A stretch of DNA of 41,126 bases from a virus: UHGV virus genome UHGV-0087734; one strand, 5' to 3'. Shown in pieces: positions 18,585 to 26,289 of the stretch. The number at the start of each line of letters is the position of its first letter. The first letter of the stretch is position 1. Both the position numbers and the translations under genes were made by a program. A model generated the notes under the pieces. The model searched no databases and was not told the origin of the DNA. It saw nothing but the letters and a program-made list of their open reading frames with translations.

Positions 18585-19219
18585 TGGCAACGAAAACAAC
18601 AAATTATAATTTGACAAAACCGGATATGACTGATTATGCTGATATTCGTGTACTCAACGTTAATATGGATATTATTGATAGTGCTATGAAAACAATTTCA
18701 GATCTTGCACAATCCGGATCCGGTGGCGGAGGTGATACACCATCAATCGACTTATCTGACTATGCTTTAAAATCTCAATTAAATAGTTATTTGCCTTTAA
18801 CAGGTGGTGATTTGAGTGGTATGTTAACAATCAACGGAAAAGAAGTTGCATTGAAAACTACCAATAAAACAGGAACAACAAAAGGTAATGAAGCTACACA
18901 TTGGAAAACATATTTGCCAGATGGTCGTGTTATGTTCAAGGTAACAGTAGGCACACAAGGTCATATTACGTTACCGGTAACAATGGCAAATACTCAATAT
19001 AGTGTTATTCAATGTGATAATGTTTTATGGAATATAAAAGCCGAAAAAGAGAATGGTCAATTAGTAAATAGAGGTATTCTAAATAAAAGTACTACCGGTT
19101 TTGATGTTTATTGTACTATATTAATTGGTAATGTTACATACTATTATAATTATTGGGCAAGAAGTGCTGATAACTATATTGGTACTTGTGATGCGATTAT
19201 TATTGGTTGGGAGGCGTAA
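18584..19219 (+). CDS. Tail fibre/receptor-binding protein 2
   Basis: N-terminus paralogous to fibre 1 (KTTNYNLTKP..LNVNMDIID, YLPLTGG); divergent C-terminus. Confidence 0.75.
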   Translation: MATKTTNYNLTKPDMTDYADIRVLNVNMDIIDSAMKTISDLAQSGSGGGGDTPSIDLSDYALKSQLNSYLPLTGGDLSGMLTINGKEVALKTTNKTGTTKGNEATHWKTYLPDGRVMFKVTVGTQGHITLPVTMANTQYSVIQCDNVLWNIKAEKENGQLVNRGILNKSTTGFDVYCTILIGNVTYYYNYWARSADNYIGTCDAIIIGWEA

Positions 19220-19222
19220 TAT

Positions 19223-19885
19223 ATGCAATGTTTTGATATTAGTGATTGGCAAGATTATTTTACAAGTGTCGAACAATTTAAGCAAGCAAAAAATCAAGGT
19301 TATGATGGTGTTATTGTAAAACTAGGAGAAAGTTATAACGAAACTGAATGCGGAAGAACGCAGATCCTAAATGCGCTTGAAGCTGGTTTGAAAGTCGGTG
19401 TTTATTATTTTAGCCATGCATATGATCTTGAAGAATGTCGTAACGAAGCAAAATGGGTAATTAATAAATTACAAGAAATTGGCTTGACTGATTGGCACTT
19501 GCAGCTTGGTATTTGGTATGACTATGAAGATCATACACGTTTGCGTGCACACATTAATAATGGTAATTTAAATTATCAGGATATTACAAATATTATGTGC
19601 GAATTTGTGAATACATTAAATCGTGCAGGATTTAATAACGTAGGTATTTATAGTGGATATTCATTATTATGGGACGAAACATATATGTATAGTCAAGTAC
19701 CTTGGGTGCCATTATGGGTTGCTCAATATAATAGCGAATGTGATTATCCAAAAGAAAGCGTTTATATCTGGCAAAAATCAGATCACGGTGATGTATGTGG
19801 AAATGAAATGGATGTAAACGAAGTATTCAAAACATTCGAAAAGAAAAAGAAATGTGAATGCGGATGCGATTGCTGTTCTAAATAG
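19223..19885 (+). CDS. Endolysin, GH25 muramidase
   Basis: DISDWQ, GVYYFS, DYE and LWVAQY motifs. Confidence 0.9.
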   Translation: MQCFDISDWQDYFTSVEQFKQAKNQGYDGVIVKLGESYNETECGRTQILNALEAGLKVGVYYFSHAYDLEECRNEAKWVINKLQEIGLTDWHLQLGIWYDYEDHTRLRAHINNGNLNYQDITNIMCEFVNTLNRAGFNNVGIYSGYSLLWDETYMYSQVPWVPLWVAQYNSECDYPKESVYIWQKSDHGDVCGNEMDVNEVFKTFEKKKKCECGCDCCSK

Positions 19886-19889
19886 TAAA

Positions 19890-19984
19890 TACTGTATATA
19901 GTATGTAAGCAGTTGTCAGGGAGCAATATATTGTATAGTACAGTATATAGCTCCCTGATTTTTATCTATATACATTATATAGTA
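19890..19984. promoter_or_regulatory. Four-box NrdR-box-like array 1 (with terminator hairpin)
   Basis: Boxes at 19890 TACTGTATATAGTA, 19922 AGCAATATATTGTA, 19939 TACAGTATATAGCT, 19971 TACATTATATAGTA; spacers 18/3/18. Confidence 0.8.
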
Positions 19985-20018
19985 TCTATGCACGAACAGC
20001 ATAATGCTATCCTGTGCT

Positions 20019-20113
20019 ATGCATAACAAGCATTGTACAATATTGTTCCATCTGGTATAATAATAAATGTAAGGGGGATAACCCCACAGAGTTATTAAAC
20101 GGAGGAAACAACA
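20019..20113 (+). repeat. Repeated promoter/leader cassette
   Basis: 20019-20084 is identical to 34703-34768; TGGTATAAT -10, AAGGGGGATAACCCC hairpin, GGAGG RBS. Confidence 0.85.
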
Positions 20114-20350
20114 ATGATTAGAACATGCAAACAATTAGAAACAGAATTAAACAAAATCAACAATACAACAGATATTGAAGTAGTTAAAAAATGTGGTTAC
20201 TACATTATTGAACAAGGTGCATACGAAAGCGAATTCACATATACATTGAAAGAATTAGTAAATGAAGTTGCAACAGGTATGATCAAAATGGTATCTAGCC
20301 ATATGACAATGCAAGGTATGAAAGTTATAACAATTAAAGGTTTAAACTAG
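20114..20350 (+). CDS. Hypothetical protein, paralog of 25144-25398
   Basis: TCKQL..L..N...IEV.K and YTLKELV shared with the paralog. Confidence 0.75.
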   Translation: MIRTCKQLETELNKINNTTDIEVVKKCGYYIIEQGAYESEFTYTLKELVNEVATGMIKMVSSHMTMQGMKVITIKGLN

Positions 20351-20361
20351 GAGGTATAAAA

Positions 20362-20475
20362 ATGTTTTGGAATTGGTTCATTGCTAGCATGTTTTTAGTT
20401 GGTCTTGTTACAACATTAAGTGGTTTTGTGTTACTACTAAATTATCTTAGTACAATTTCATTTGCAATTATTTAA
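20362..20475 (+). CDS. Single-TM micropeptide (37 aa)
   Basis: GGAGG RBS; MFWNWFIASMFLVGLVTTLSGFVLLLNYLSTISFAII. Confidence 0.65.
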   Translation: MFWNWFIASMFLVGLVTTLSGFVLLLNYLSTISFAII

Positions 20476-20488
20476 GGAGGTGAATAAC

Positions 20489-20557
20489 ATGGAAACGTTA
20501 CTCGCATTAGTCGTCATTTTTATTAGTGCTTATATTTTATTAAAACATGGGGTATAA
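20489..20557 (+). CDS. Single-TM micropeptide (22 aa)
   Basis: AAGGAGGTGA RBS; METLLALVVIFISAYILLKHGV. Confidence 0.65.
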   Translation: METLLALVVIFISAYILLKHGV

Positions 20558-20561
20558 TATT

Positions 20562-20642
20562 ATGAGTGAGTTTTTGATGTATTTTATGGTTGGAGTTATT
20601 AGTGCTTGTGTATGTCAAATTTTAATGGAGGTATGTAAATAA
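20562..20642 (+). CDS. Single-TM micropeptide (26 aa)
   Basis: GGGGT RBS; MSEFLMYFMVGVISACVCQILMEVCK. Confidence 0.55.
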   Translation: MSEFLMYFMVGVISACVCQILMEVCK

Positions 20643-20737
20643 TGGAAACATTAGCTTGCTTTGGAATTTGTTTTTTAATTTGGATTTTTGGATTTATGAT
20701 TTTAGATCCACAATCTTTTATTCGTTGGTTTAAATAA
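20642..20737 (+). CDS. Single-TM micropeptide (31 aa)
   Basis: GGAGG RBS and TAATG coupling; METLACFGICFLIWIFGFMILDPQSFIRWFK. Confidence 0.65.
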   Translation: METLACFGICFLIWIFGFMILDPQSFIRWFK

Positions 20738-20748
20738 GGAGGTACATC

Positions 20749-20832
20749 ATGGATAAAACAGCTATCATTATTGCGATCACTTGTTACGTTATTATGTTAG
20801 TTATTTGTGGTGCTTTGTCTTATGTCCATTAA
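20749..20832 (+). CDS. Single-TM micropeptide (27 aa)
   Basis: AAGGAGG RBS; MDKTAIIIAITCYVIMLVICGALSYVH. Confidence 0.65.
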   Translation: MDKTAIIIAITCYVIMLVICGALSYVH

Positions 20833-22099
20833 GTTATATGAACATCAAAAAGAAGTGTTGCAACAAACGAAGGACTTTAACAAAGTTGCATACTATCTTG
20901 ATATGGGCCTTGGTAAAACATATTGCGGATCATGTAAAGCAGTATCGTTTAAAGTACCAATATTAATCGTTTGTCCAAAATCACTAGTACCTCAATGGCT
21001 GGATCATTTTGAAAGTACACATCCAGAATGGGTACGATATGATTTGACAAAGAAGAAACAACTTGAGAATTTTATTGATGCTGAATGTTACACCAGAGTA
21101 GGCGTTATTAATTATGAATCATGTTGGCGTAGGCCAGAACTGCAAAAGCTAACTGGCCTAACGTTGATGCTTGATGAATCGCAAGCAATCGCAAATACAA
21201 CATCAAAACAAACGAAAGGTATTTTGAAATTACATCATGATAACGTGATCTTATTATCAGGTACACCTGCATCAAACGCACGTTATGATAAATTGTATAC
21301 ACAGCTTAAAATGTTAGGTTTGCATATGAACAAACGTTCATATGAAGATCGATATTGTAATTTCTTTGAAATGGAAAATTCAGGTATTAAATTCAGAGTA
21401 TTATCAAAACGCAATCCATATAAAAATGTGGATGAGCTAAAAACTGTGATGAAAGATCTTGGATGTATATTCATGAAAACAGATGAAGTACTTGACTTAC
21501 CTCAACAACGTTTTATTGATGTTCATATTACGAAGTCAAAATATTATAAAGCATTTGAAAAAGACGGGTACGTTGATTGTGGTGAAGTTGAGTATATATC
21601 AAATGGACCTGCGCAAGATATGTTATATATGCGACAACTTTGTAACAGCAAAGAAAAGCTCGACATGTTGAAAACGCTGCTTGAAAGTACAAATGATAGG
21701 GTGATCATATTTTATAACTTCGATATTGAGTTAAAACTGTTGCAACAATACATATCAAAACTAAAAAGACCTATGTCATTTATCAATGGTCATGAGAAAA
21801 ATCTGGATTGTTACAACAATAATGATGATAGTATCACACTTGTACAATACCAATCAGGATCAGCTGGTGTAAATTTACAACTTGCTAATAAAATGATATA
21901 CTATTCTCCGCCAATTAAATCAGACTTTTACGAGCAAAGTAAAAAACGTATTCATCGTATCGGGCAGGAAAGTAAATGCTGTTATTGGAAGCTCATCACA
22001 ACAAATAGTATTGAGCAAAAAATATATAATGTACTGGATCAGAAAAAAGATTATACTGATCAATTATTCGAAAAGGAGATTGCGAATGATAAGAATTGA
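20822..22099 (+). CDS. SNF2-family helicase
   Basis: DMGLGKT, LDESQ, LSGTP, GVNLQ and RIHRIGQ motifs. Confidence 0.92.
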   Translation: MSIKLYEHQKEVLQQTKDFNKVAYYLDMGLGKTYCGSCKAVSFKVPILIVCPKSLVPQWLDHFESTHPEWVRYDLTKKKQLENFIDAECYTRVGVINYESCWRRPELQKLTGLTLMLDESQAIANTTSKQTKGILKLHHDNVILLSGTPASNARYDKLYTQLKMLGLHMNKRSYEDRYCNFFEMENSGIKFRVLSKRNPYKNVDELKTVMKDLGCIFMKTDEVLDLPQQRFIDVHITKSKYYKAFEKDGYVDCGEVEYISNGPAQDMLYMRQLCNSKEKLDMLKTLLESTNDRVIIFYNFDIELKLLQQYISKLKRPMSFINGHEKNLDCYNNNDDSITLVQYQSGSAGVNLQLANKMIYYSPPIKSDFYEQSKKRIHRIGQESKCCYWKLITTNSIEQKIYNVLDQKKDYTDQLFEKEIANDKN

Positions 22100-22703
22100 T
22101 AACTTACAAACTTATGGGTTCGAAAGTGCGATGCATGGTATGCGCTCACCAATGAACTCATGGGATAAAAATGATACGCATGGAGATGTGATTGGTGAGA
22201 ATGATTTGAAGTTGTTGCAACAATTAACACGAGCAGGATCTGATCATAGAAAAGTACTGCGTCAAATGATGATTAGTTGCGATATAACTGCACCATTATA
22301 TTGGTGGAAGGAATTCGATACATATAAAGTAGGTGTTACAACAAACTCACAAAGTACAATGCACAAATTATGCAGTCGACCTCTAACAATTCATGATTTT
22401 AGTTTTGAAGATATGCATGAAAATGAATTCATTGTAAATGTTGTTCTTGATAATTTGAATACTAGGATCAAGGATTACAAAGAAGGTATGAAACAAAATA
22501 AAAGCTTATGGAGAACGATTATCCAGTTGTTACCATGCTCGTATAATCAAACGCGTACGGTTACGATGAATTATGAAAATGTTATGAATATGTATCGACA
22601 AAGACGACATCATAAACTCAGTGAATGGCAGGAGTTTTGTGTATACATGTATGACAATCTCGCATATTTCGATCGTTTACAAGAAGCAGCACCTATGGTA
22701 TAA
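22086..22703 (+). CDS. ThyX-like (flavin-dependent thymidylate synthase-related) protein
   Basis: HRKVLR, APLYWWKEFDTYK, NSQSTMH, QLLPCSY and RRHHKLSEW motifs typical of the phage ThyX-like family; start after AAGGAG. Confidence 0.65.
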   Translation: MIRIDNLQTYGFESAMHGMRSPMNSWDKNDTHGDVIGENDLKLLQQLTRAGSDHRKVLRQMMISCDITAPLYWWKEFDTYKVGVTTNSQSTMHKLCSRPLTIHDFSFEDMHENEFIVNVVLDNLNTRIKDYKEGMKQNKSLWRTIIQLLPCSYNQTRTVTMNYENVMNMYRQRRHHKLSEWQEFCVYMYDNLAYFDRLQEAAPMV

Positions 22704-22704
22704 T
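22676..22704 (+). promoter_or_regulatory. Internal promoter
   Basis: TTTACA-17-TATAAT with extended TG, followed by GGAGGTGA. Confidence 0.65.
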
Positions 22705-22725
22705 ACATATATCGGAGGTGATATT

Positions 22726-23079
22726 ATCGCGGGTGAAAAGAATTTCGAAAACCGTATAAAACGTTGGTTGGTTGATCATGGTATATATCCACCAAACACA
22801 CCAAAACAAAAGATACGTGCTAAGCCAATTGGCTATTATGAAAAACGTTTTGGATCTCAATTTTCGATTAATGGTTTACCTGATATGCATATATGCATAA
22901 ACGGCCATTCAATCGATCTTGAGTTGAAAGACGTTCGAGGAAAGCCAAGTGCTGCACAAATTAAGATATTGGAAAATATAAATAATTGGGGTTGTGAGGG
23001 ATATTTAGTATATCCAAAAGATTGGCCAACAATTGAAAATCGATTATTGGAGGTAATTAATGAAACAGAAAATTCATGA
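22726..23079 (+). CDS. VRR-NUC/PD-(D/E)xK nuclease (resolvase-like)
   Basis: EKNFENRIK, GLPD, LELK and GKPSAAQ motifs; the RBS points to a non-canonical ATC start. Confidence 0.8.
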   Translation: MAGEKNFENRIKRWLVDHGIYPPNTPKQKIRAKPIGYYEKRFGSQFSINGLPDMHICINGHSIDLELKDVRGKPSAAQIKILENINNWGCEGYLVYPKDWPTIENRLLEVINETENS

Positions 23080-23626
23080 CATCGTACATCAATATGTAAA
23101 ACGTAAAGGTATTGATGATATGTTGAAGTGGTACGATGATAATGGTTTTTATGACGCGTGGGCGTCAACAAGTTTTCATTGCAATTATAAAGGCGGTTTA
23201 GCAGAACATACGTTCAACGTAATTACAAATGCATTAAAGTTGGCTGACGTTCTTGGAAGTCAAGTATCACGTGAAAGTATTGTGTTATGCGCGTTGCTAC
23301 ATGATGCGGGTAAATGTAATTACTACGTACCTAACTTATTAAAGTCAGGTAAAACATCAGGATCAAAACCTATGAAAATTGATCCGGAGTTGCGTATTAA
23401 AAATCATGCGTTTAGATCGCTTATGATTGTATCTAAATTTTTAGAACTAACTGAAAGCGAACGTATATGCATTTTATGTCATGACGGATTTTTTGAAAAT
23501 TCGAATCGTGAATATATGTTAAGCCTTGATGAACTTTTATATATTGTACATAGTGCTGACTTATATGCAGCTCGCTTTATGGAACCTGTAAAAGATTATA
23601 AAGGTGGTGAAAAGATAGAATTGTGA
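23060..23626 (+). CDS. HD-domain phosphohydrolase
   Basis: GGLAEH, ALLHDAGK, CHDG and HSAD motifs. Confidence 0.85.
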   Translation: MKQKIHDIVHQYVKRKGIDDMLKWYDDNGFYDAWASTSFHCNYKGGLAEHTFNVITNALKLADVLGSQVSRESIVLCALLHDAGKCNYYVPNLLKSGKTSGSKPMKIDPELRIKNHAFRSLMIVSKFLELTESERICILCHDGFFENSNREYMLSLDELLYIVHSADLYAARFMEPVKDYKGGEKIEL

Positions 23627-23961
23627 TGCAACGTAATTATTGGTCGGATACTTTCAAACAATATTTACTAAAGTATTTTATATTTGATAGTCATGGTAAA
23701 CGACAAGAAAAAGTTATAGATCATATTGATGGTAATAAATTAAATAATTGTTACAACAATTTACGTGATGTTGATCAAGTTGAAAATTGTCGAAACATGC
23801 ATATAAAAAATAAAGATACAAATTGTATAGGTATAAGTTATGATCATAATTCACCTAAATTACTAGCGCGATATACTACTAGGATAAATGGTAAACAATA
23901 TAGATTTAGGAAATTAGATGATGCTATACAATTAAGAAAGGAGAATAATTTGCCAGTATGA
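23623..23961 (+). CDS. Short (possibly truncated) HNH endonuclease with AP2-like tail
   Basis: IDHIDGNKLNNCYNNLR...ENCRN motif. Confidence 0.7.
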   Translation: MMQRNYWSDTFKQYLLKYFIFDSHGKRQEKVIDHIDGNKLNNCYNNLRDVDQVENCRNMHIKNKDTNCIGISYDHNSPKLLARYTTRINGKQYRFRKLDDAIQLRKENNLPV

Positions 23962-24437
23962 GTATATACGAAAAACTAGCTAAGATCCAACAAGAGTTAA
24001 AAGTTGGTAAAACTCAGCGTAACACATTTGGTGGTTATAACTTTCGAAATTGTTCCGACATTTTAGAAGCAGTAAAACCACTATTAAAAAAATATAATTG
24101 CTTAATCTTATTATCTGACAAAATTAATTGTATTGGTGAAGATAATTATGTTACAGCAACAGCAACTATTATTGATTGTGAAGATAATAATCAAATGATA
24201 TTCAATGAAGCATCTGCACGCGAGCCTGAATCGTTAAAAGGTCAAACGCCCGCACAAATTACAGGTGGTTCAAGTAGTTATGCACGCAAGTACGCATTAA
24301 GTGGTTTGCTTGCAATTGATGACAGTACTGACGATCCTGATAATCGTGATAATACCAAAGATGAAGAACAACCTAAAAAACGTCGTAGTCGTCGACAACG
24401 TATTACTAAAGAAGAATTAGAACAAGTGCCATTTTAA
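23958..24437 (+). CDS. erf: ERF-family single-strand annealing protein
   Basis: QITGGSSSYARKYALSGLLAIDD..DPD motif. Confidence 0.88.
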   Translation: MSIYEKLAKIQQELKVGKTQRNTFGGYNFRNCSDILEAVKPLLKKYNCLILLSDKINCIGEDNYVTATATIIDCEDNNQMIFNEASAREPESLKGQTPAQITGGSSSYARKYALSGLLAIDDSTDDPDNRDNTKDEEQPKKRRSRRQRITKEELEQVPF

Positions 24438-24449
24438 TAGGAGGTAATT

Positions 24450-24914
24450 ATGAGCTTTAAAGATTTTAACATGAACATGGAAGACTATAATCAACAATTG
24501 TCTACTTTAGATGCAAACAAAGAAGAACCAAAACAACGCGAATTTAAGGATCCTACTGATGGTGAATATGAATGTGCATTACTTAATTTAGAACTTGGTA
24601 CAAATAAAGCTGGTGATAAATTAATGTTAAAAGGTGCGTTTAAGATCCTTGATGGTGAATTTAAAAATCAACGTTTGTGGATTAATAAAGTATTAACAGG
24701 TACACGCAATGATGCTGGATGTGTTCGTGCGTGTGTAGCATTTTTGAATAGTTTTGGTGCTGCTCAAGAAGTAGAATTCACAGGTGATTTTGATGACTTC
24801 GCGACTCAAATCGAATTGGTGTTCTGTGATGTGAAAAACTGCACATTTGTAGTTGAACAAAAAACACAAAATGACTTCAAGAACCTATACATCAACGATG
24901 TATACGATAACTAA
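24450..24914 (+). CDS. SSB-like protein (DUF669-like)
   Basis: DGEYEC, KAGDKLML and FKILDGEFKNQRLW; acidic; follows ERF. Confidence 0.65.
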   Translation: MSFKDFNMNMEDYNQQLSTLDANKEEPKQREFKDPTDGEYECALLNLELGTNKAGDKLMLKGAFKILDGEFKNQRLWINKVLTGTRNDAGCVRACVAFLNSFGAAQEVEFTGDFDDFATQIELVFCDVKNCTFVVEQKTQNDFKNLYINDVYDN

Positions 24915-24918
24915 TAAA

Positions 24919-25013
24919 TACCATATATAGTATATGGTAAGATATAGCGTAGCGATATATGGTATAATACAATATGTTGCTGCGCTATTTTTATCTAACT
25001 ACAGTATACTGTA
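24919..25013. promoter_or_regulatory. Four-box NrdR-box-like array 2 (with terminator hairpin)
   Basis: Boxes at 24919 TACCATATATAGTA, 24951 AGCGATATATGGTA, 24968 TACAATATGTTGCT, 25000 TACAGTATACTGTA; spacers 18/3/18. Confidence 0.8.
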
Positions 25014-25054
25014 TATATGATCTAAATGCATAATATATACACTACCAATGACAA

Positions 25055-25143
25055 ACAAGCATTGTACATTGTTGCTAGATCTGGTATAATAATAAATGTA
25101 AGGGGGATAACCCTTAAGGATATATTAAACGGAGGAAACAACA
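25055..25143 (+). repeat. Repeated promoter/leader cassette
   Basis: 25079-25147 is identical to 34734-34802. Confidence 0.85.
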
Positions 25144-25398
25144 ATGACTTGCAAACAACTAACAAACAAATTACAACAATTAAACGAAGGCTTAAAAATT
25201 GAAGTTAAAAAAGTAACAACATCCGGTCGTATCACTGGTAAACATACTAGTTACCAATTACATGTAAATGGTAACAAATTCTATATTGGTGCTTTTACTC
25301 TTAAACAATTAGTAAAAGATATGACTAAAGATGGTAACGTATTAAAATTGACAAGTCGTTACGGTAAATATGAACAAATTAACGTTGTAGTAGCATAA
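25144..25398 (+). CDS. Hypothetical protein, paralog of 20114-20350
   Basis: MTCKQL..., FTLKQLV. Confidence 0.75.
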   Translation: MTCKQLTNKLQQLNEGLKIEVKKVTTSGRITGKHTSYQLHVNGNKFYIGAFTLKQLVKDMTKDGNVLKLTSRYGKYEQINVVVA

Positions 25399-25417
25399 TT
25401 AGTGAGGTGAGATGATC

Positions 25418-25525
25418 ATGAACAAATGGCTAGATATTTTGATGATGTGTTTACTATGTACTGTGTTAGTTGTAATTGCATACTGGTGGATCGTACTTTT
25501 AATTGTATTTTTAAGTTGCTTGTAG
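25418..25525 (+). CDS. Single-TM micropeptide (35 aa)
   Basis: GAGGTGA RBS; MNKWLDILMMCLLCTVLVVIAYWWIVLLIVFLSCL. Confidence 0.65.
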   Translation: MNKWLDILMMCLLCTVLVVIAYWWIVLLIVFLSCL

Positions 25526-25534
25526 GAGGTAAGA

Positions 25535-25636
25535 ATGATAGATAAAATTATATTGTTTATGCTTATGAGCCTATTGTTTGGATTTTGGCTCATGCTAATA
25601 ATCGCAATTGGTAAAGGTATAGGAGGTATGATCTAA
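25535..25636 (+). CDS. Single-TM micropeptide (33 aa)
   Basis: AGGAGG RBS; MIDKIILFMLMSLLFGFWLMLIIAIGKGIGGMI. Confidence 0.65.
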   Translation: MIDKIILFMLMSLLFGFWLMLIIAIGKGIGGMI

Positions 25637-25637
25637 A

Positions 25638-25733
25638 ATGAAAGACTTTGGATTGCTAATGTTTGTAGGATTACTAGCAATTGTATTAATGACGTTATTC
25701 ATGGTTGTTGTAATAATTACAGAAAGGATGTAA
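25638..25733 (+). CDS. Single-TM micropeptide (31 aa)
   Basis: AGGAGG RBS; MKDFGLLMFVGLLAIVLMTLFMVVVIITERM. Confidence 0.65.
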   Translation: MKDFGLLMFVGLLAIVLMTLFMVVVIITERM

Positions 25734-25734
25734 C

Positions 25735-25962
25735 ATGTTTAAAAAAGGAGATTGCTTGTTGATCAAGCCAAAAGACAAATGGTTATGTGTGAAGTATTAT
25801 TCACATGATATTGACTATTTATATTATGTACCAATGCCGATTGATATGCTGCATAAGCGACATATCAAAAAAATTAAATTTGGTAGTGATAATGTACGCA
25901 ATATTTTTCAAGGCAAAAATGATAAAAAAATTAAGGGGGTTGATGATCTTGAATTTAACTAA
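25735..25962 (+). CDS. Hypothetical protein
   Basis: AAGGA RBS; packed in the operon. Confidence 0.6.
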   Translation: MFKKGDCLLIKPKDKWLCVKYYSHDIDYLYYVPMPIDMLHKRHIKKIKFGSDNVRNIFQGKNDKKIKGVDDLEFN

Positions 25963-26101
25963 ACAACAAACATATGTGAGTGATTTCTTATATAACATTT
26001 ATTTGGAAAGTGATTCCAAGGAGCTTGATGAATGGCTCGTATATCTTGCTCGTGAAAATGGTGATGAACAGCTTGCTAAAATGATTGGAGGTAACGAATA
26101 A
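25943..26101 (+). CDS. Hypothetical protein
   Basis: 3' part of ORF-track 25805-26101, behind an AAGGGGG RBS. Confidence 0.55.
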   Translation: MILNLTKQQTYVSDFLYNIYLESDSKELDEWLVYLARENGDEQLAKMIGGNE

Positions 26102-26289
26102 TGGTTATTAAAAAGAATTATGGTGAAGACTATATCATTATGAAAGTGACAAATATCGAAACAAATAAAACTGGTACATATACAAATTTAATCGGTCAAT
26201 TAATCGATGAAAAAGGTTGCGCTGATTTTAGAGAATTCGAAGAATTAAGTTTGCATTTGAATAATGATGTTGAGGTTATTGAACAATGA
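26101..26289 (+). CDS. Hypothetical protein
   Basis: GGAGG RBS; coupled to the polymerase start. Confidence 0.6.
   Translation: MVIKKNYGEDYIIMKVTNIETNKTGTYTNLIGQLIDEKGCADFREFEELSLHLNNDVEVIEQ

Noticed and set aside
17545..19219. Diversity-generating retroelement or invertible fibre cassette
   Set aside because: No reverse transcriptase, invertase, TR/VR pair or inverted fibre fragments seen.
19890..19903. TACTGTATATAGTA as a LexA SOS box
   Set aside because: The gammaproteobacterial box is CTGT-N8-ACAG and the Bacillus-type box is GAAC-N4-GTTC; neither spacing nor sequence fits.
22621..22725. ORF-track N-terminal extensions (e.g. 22621, 22011, 25805, 36593, 5137, 7672)
   Set aside because: They overlap upstream genes or start within or before the SD; downstream starts have properly spaced RBSs.
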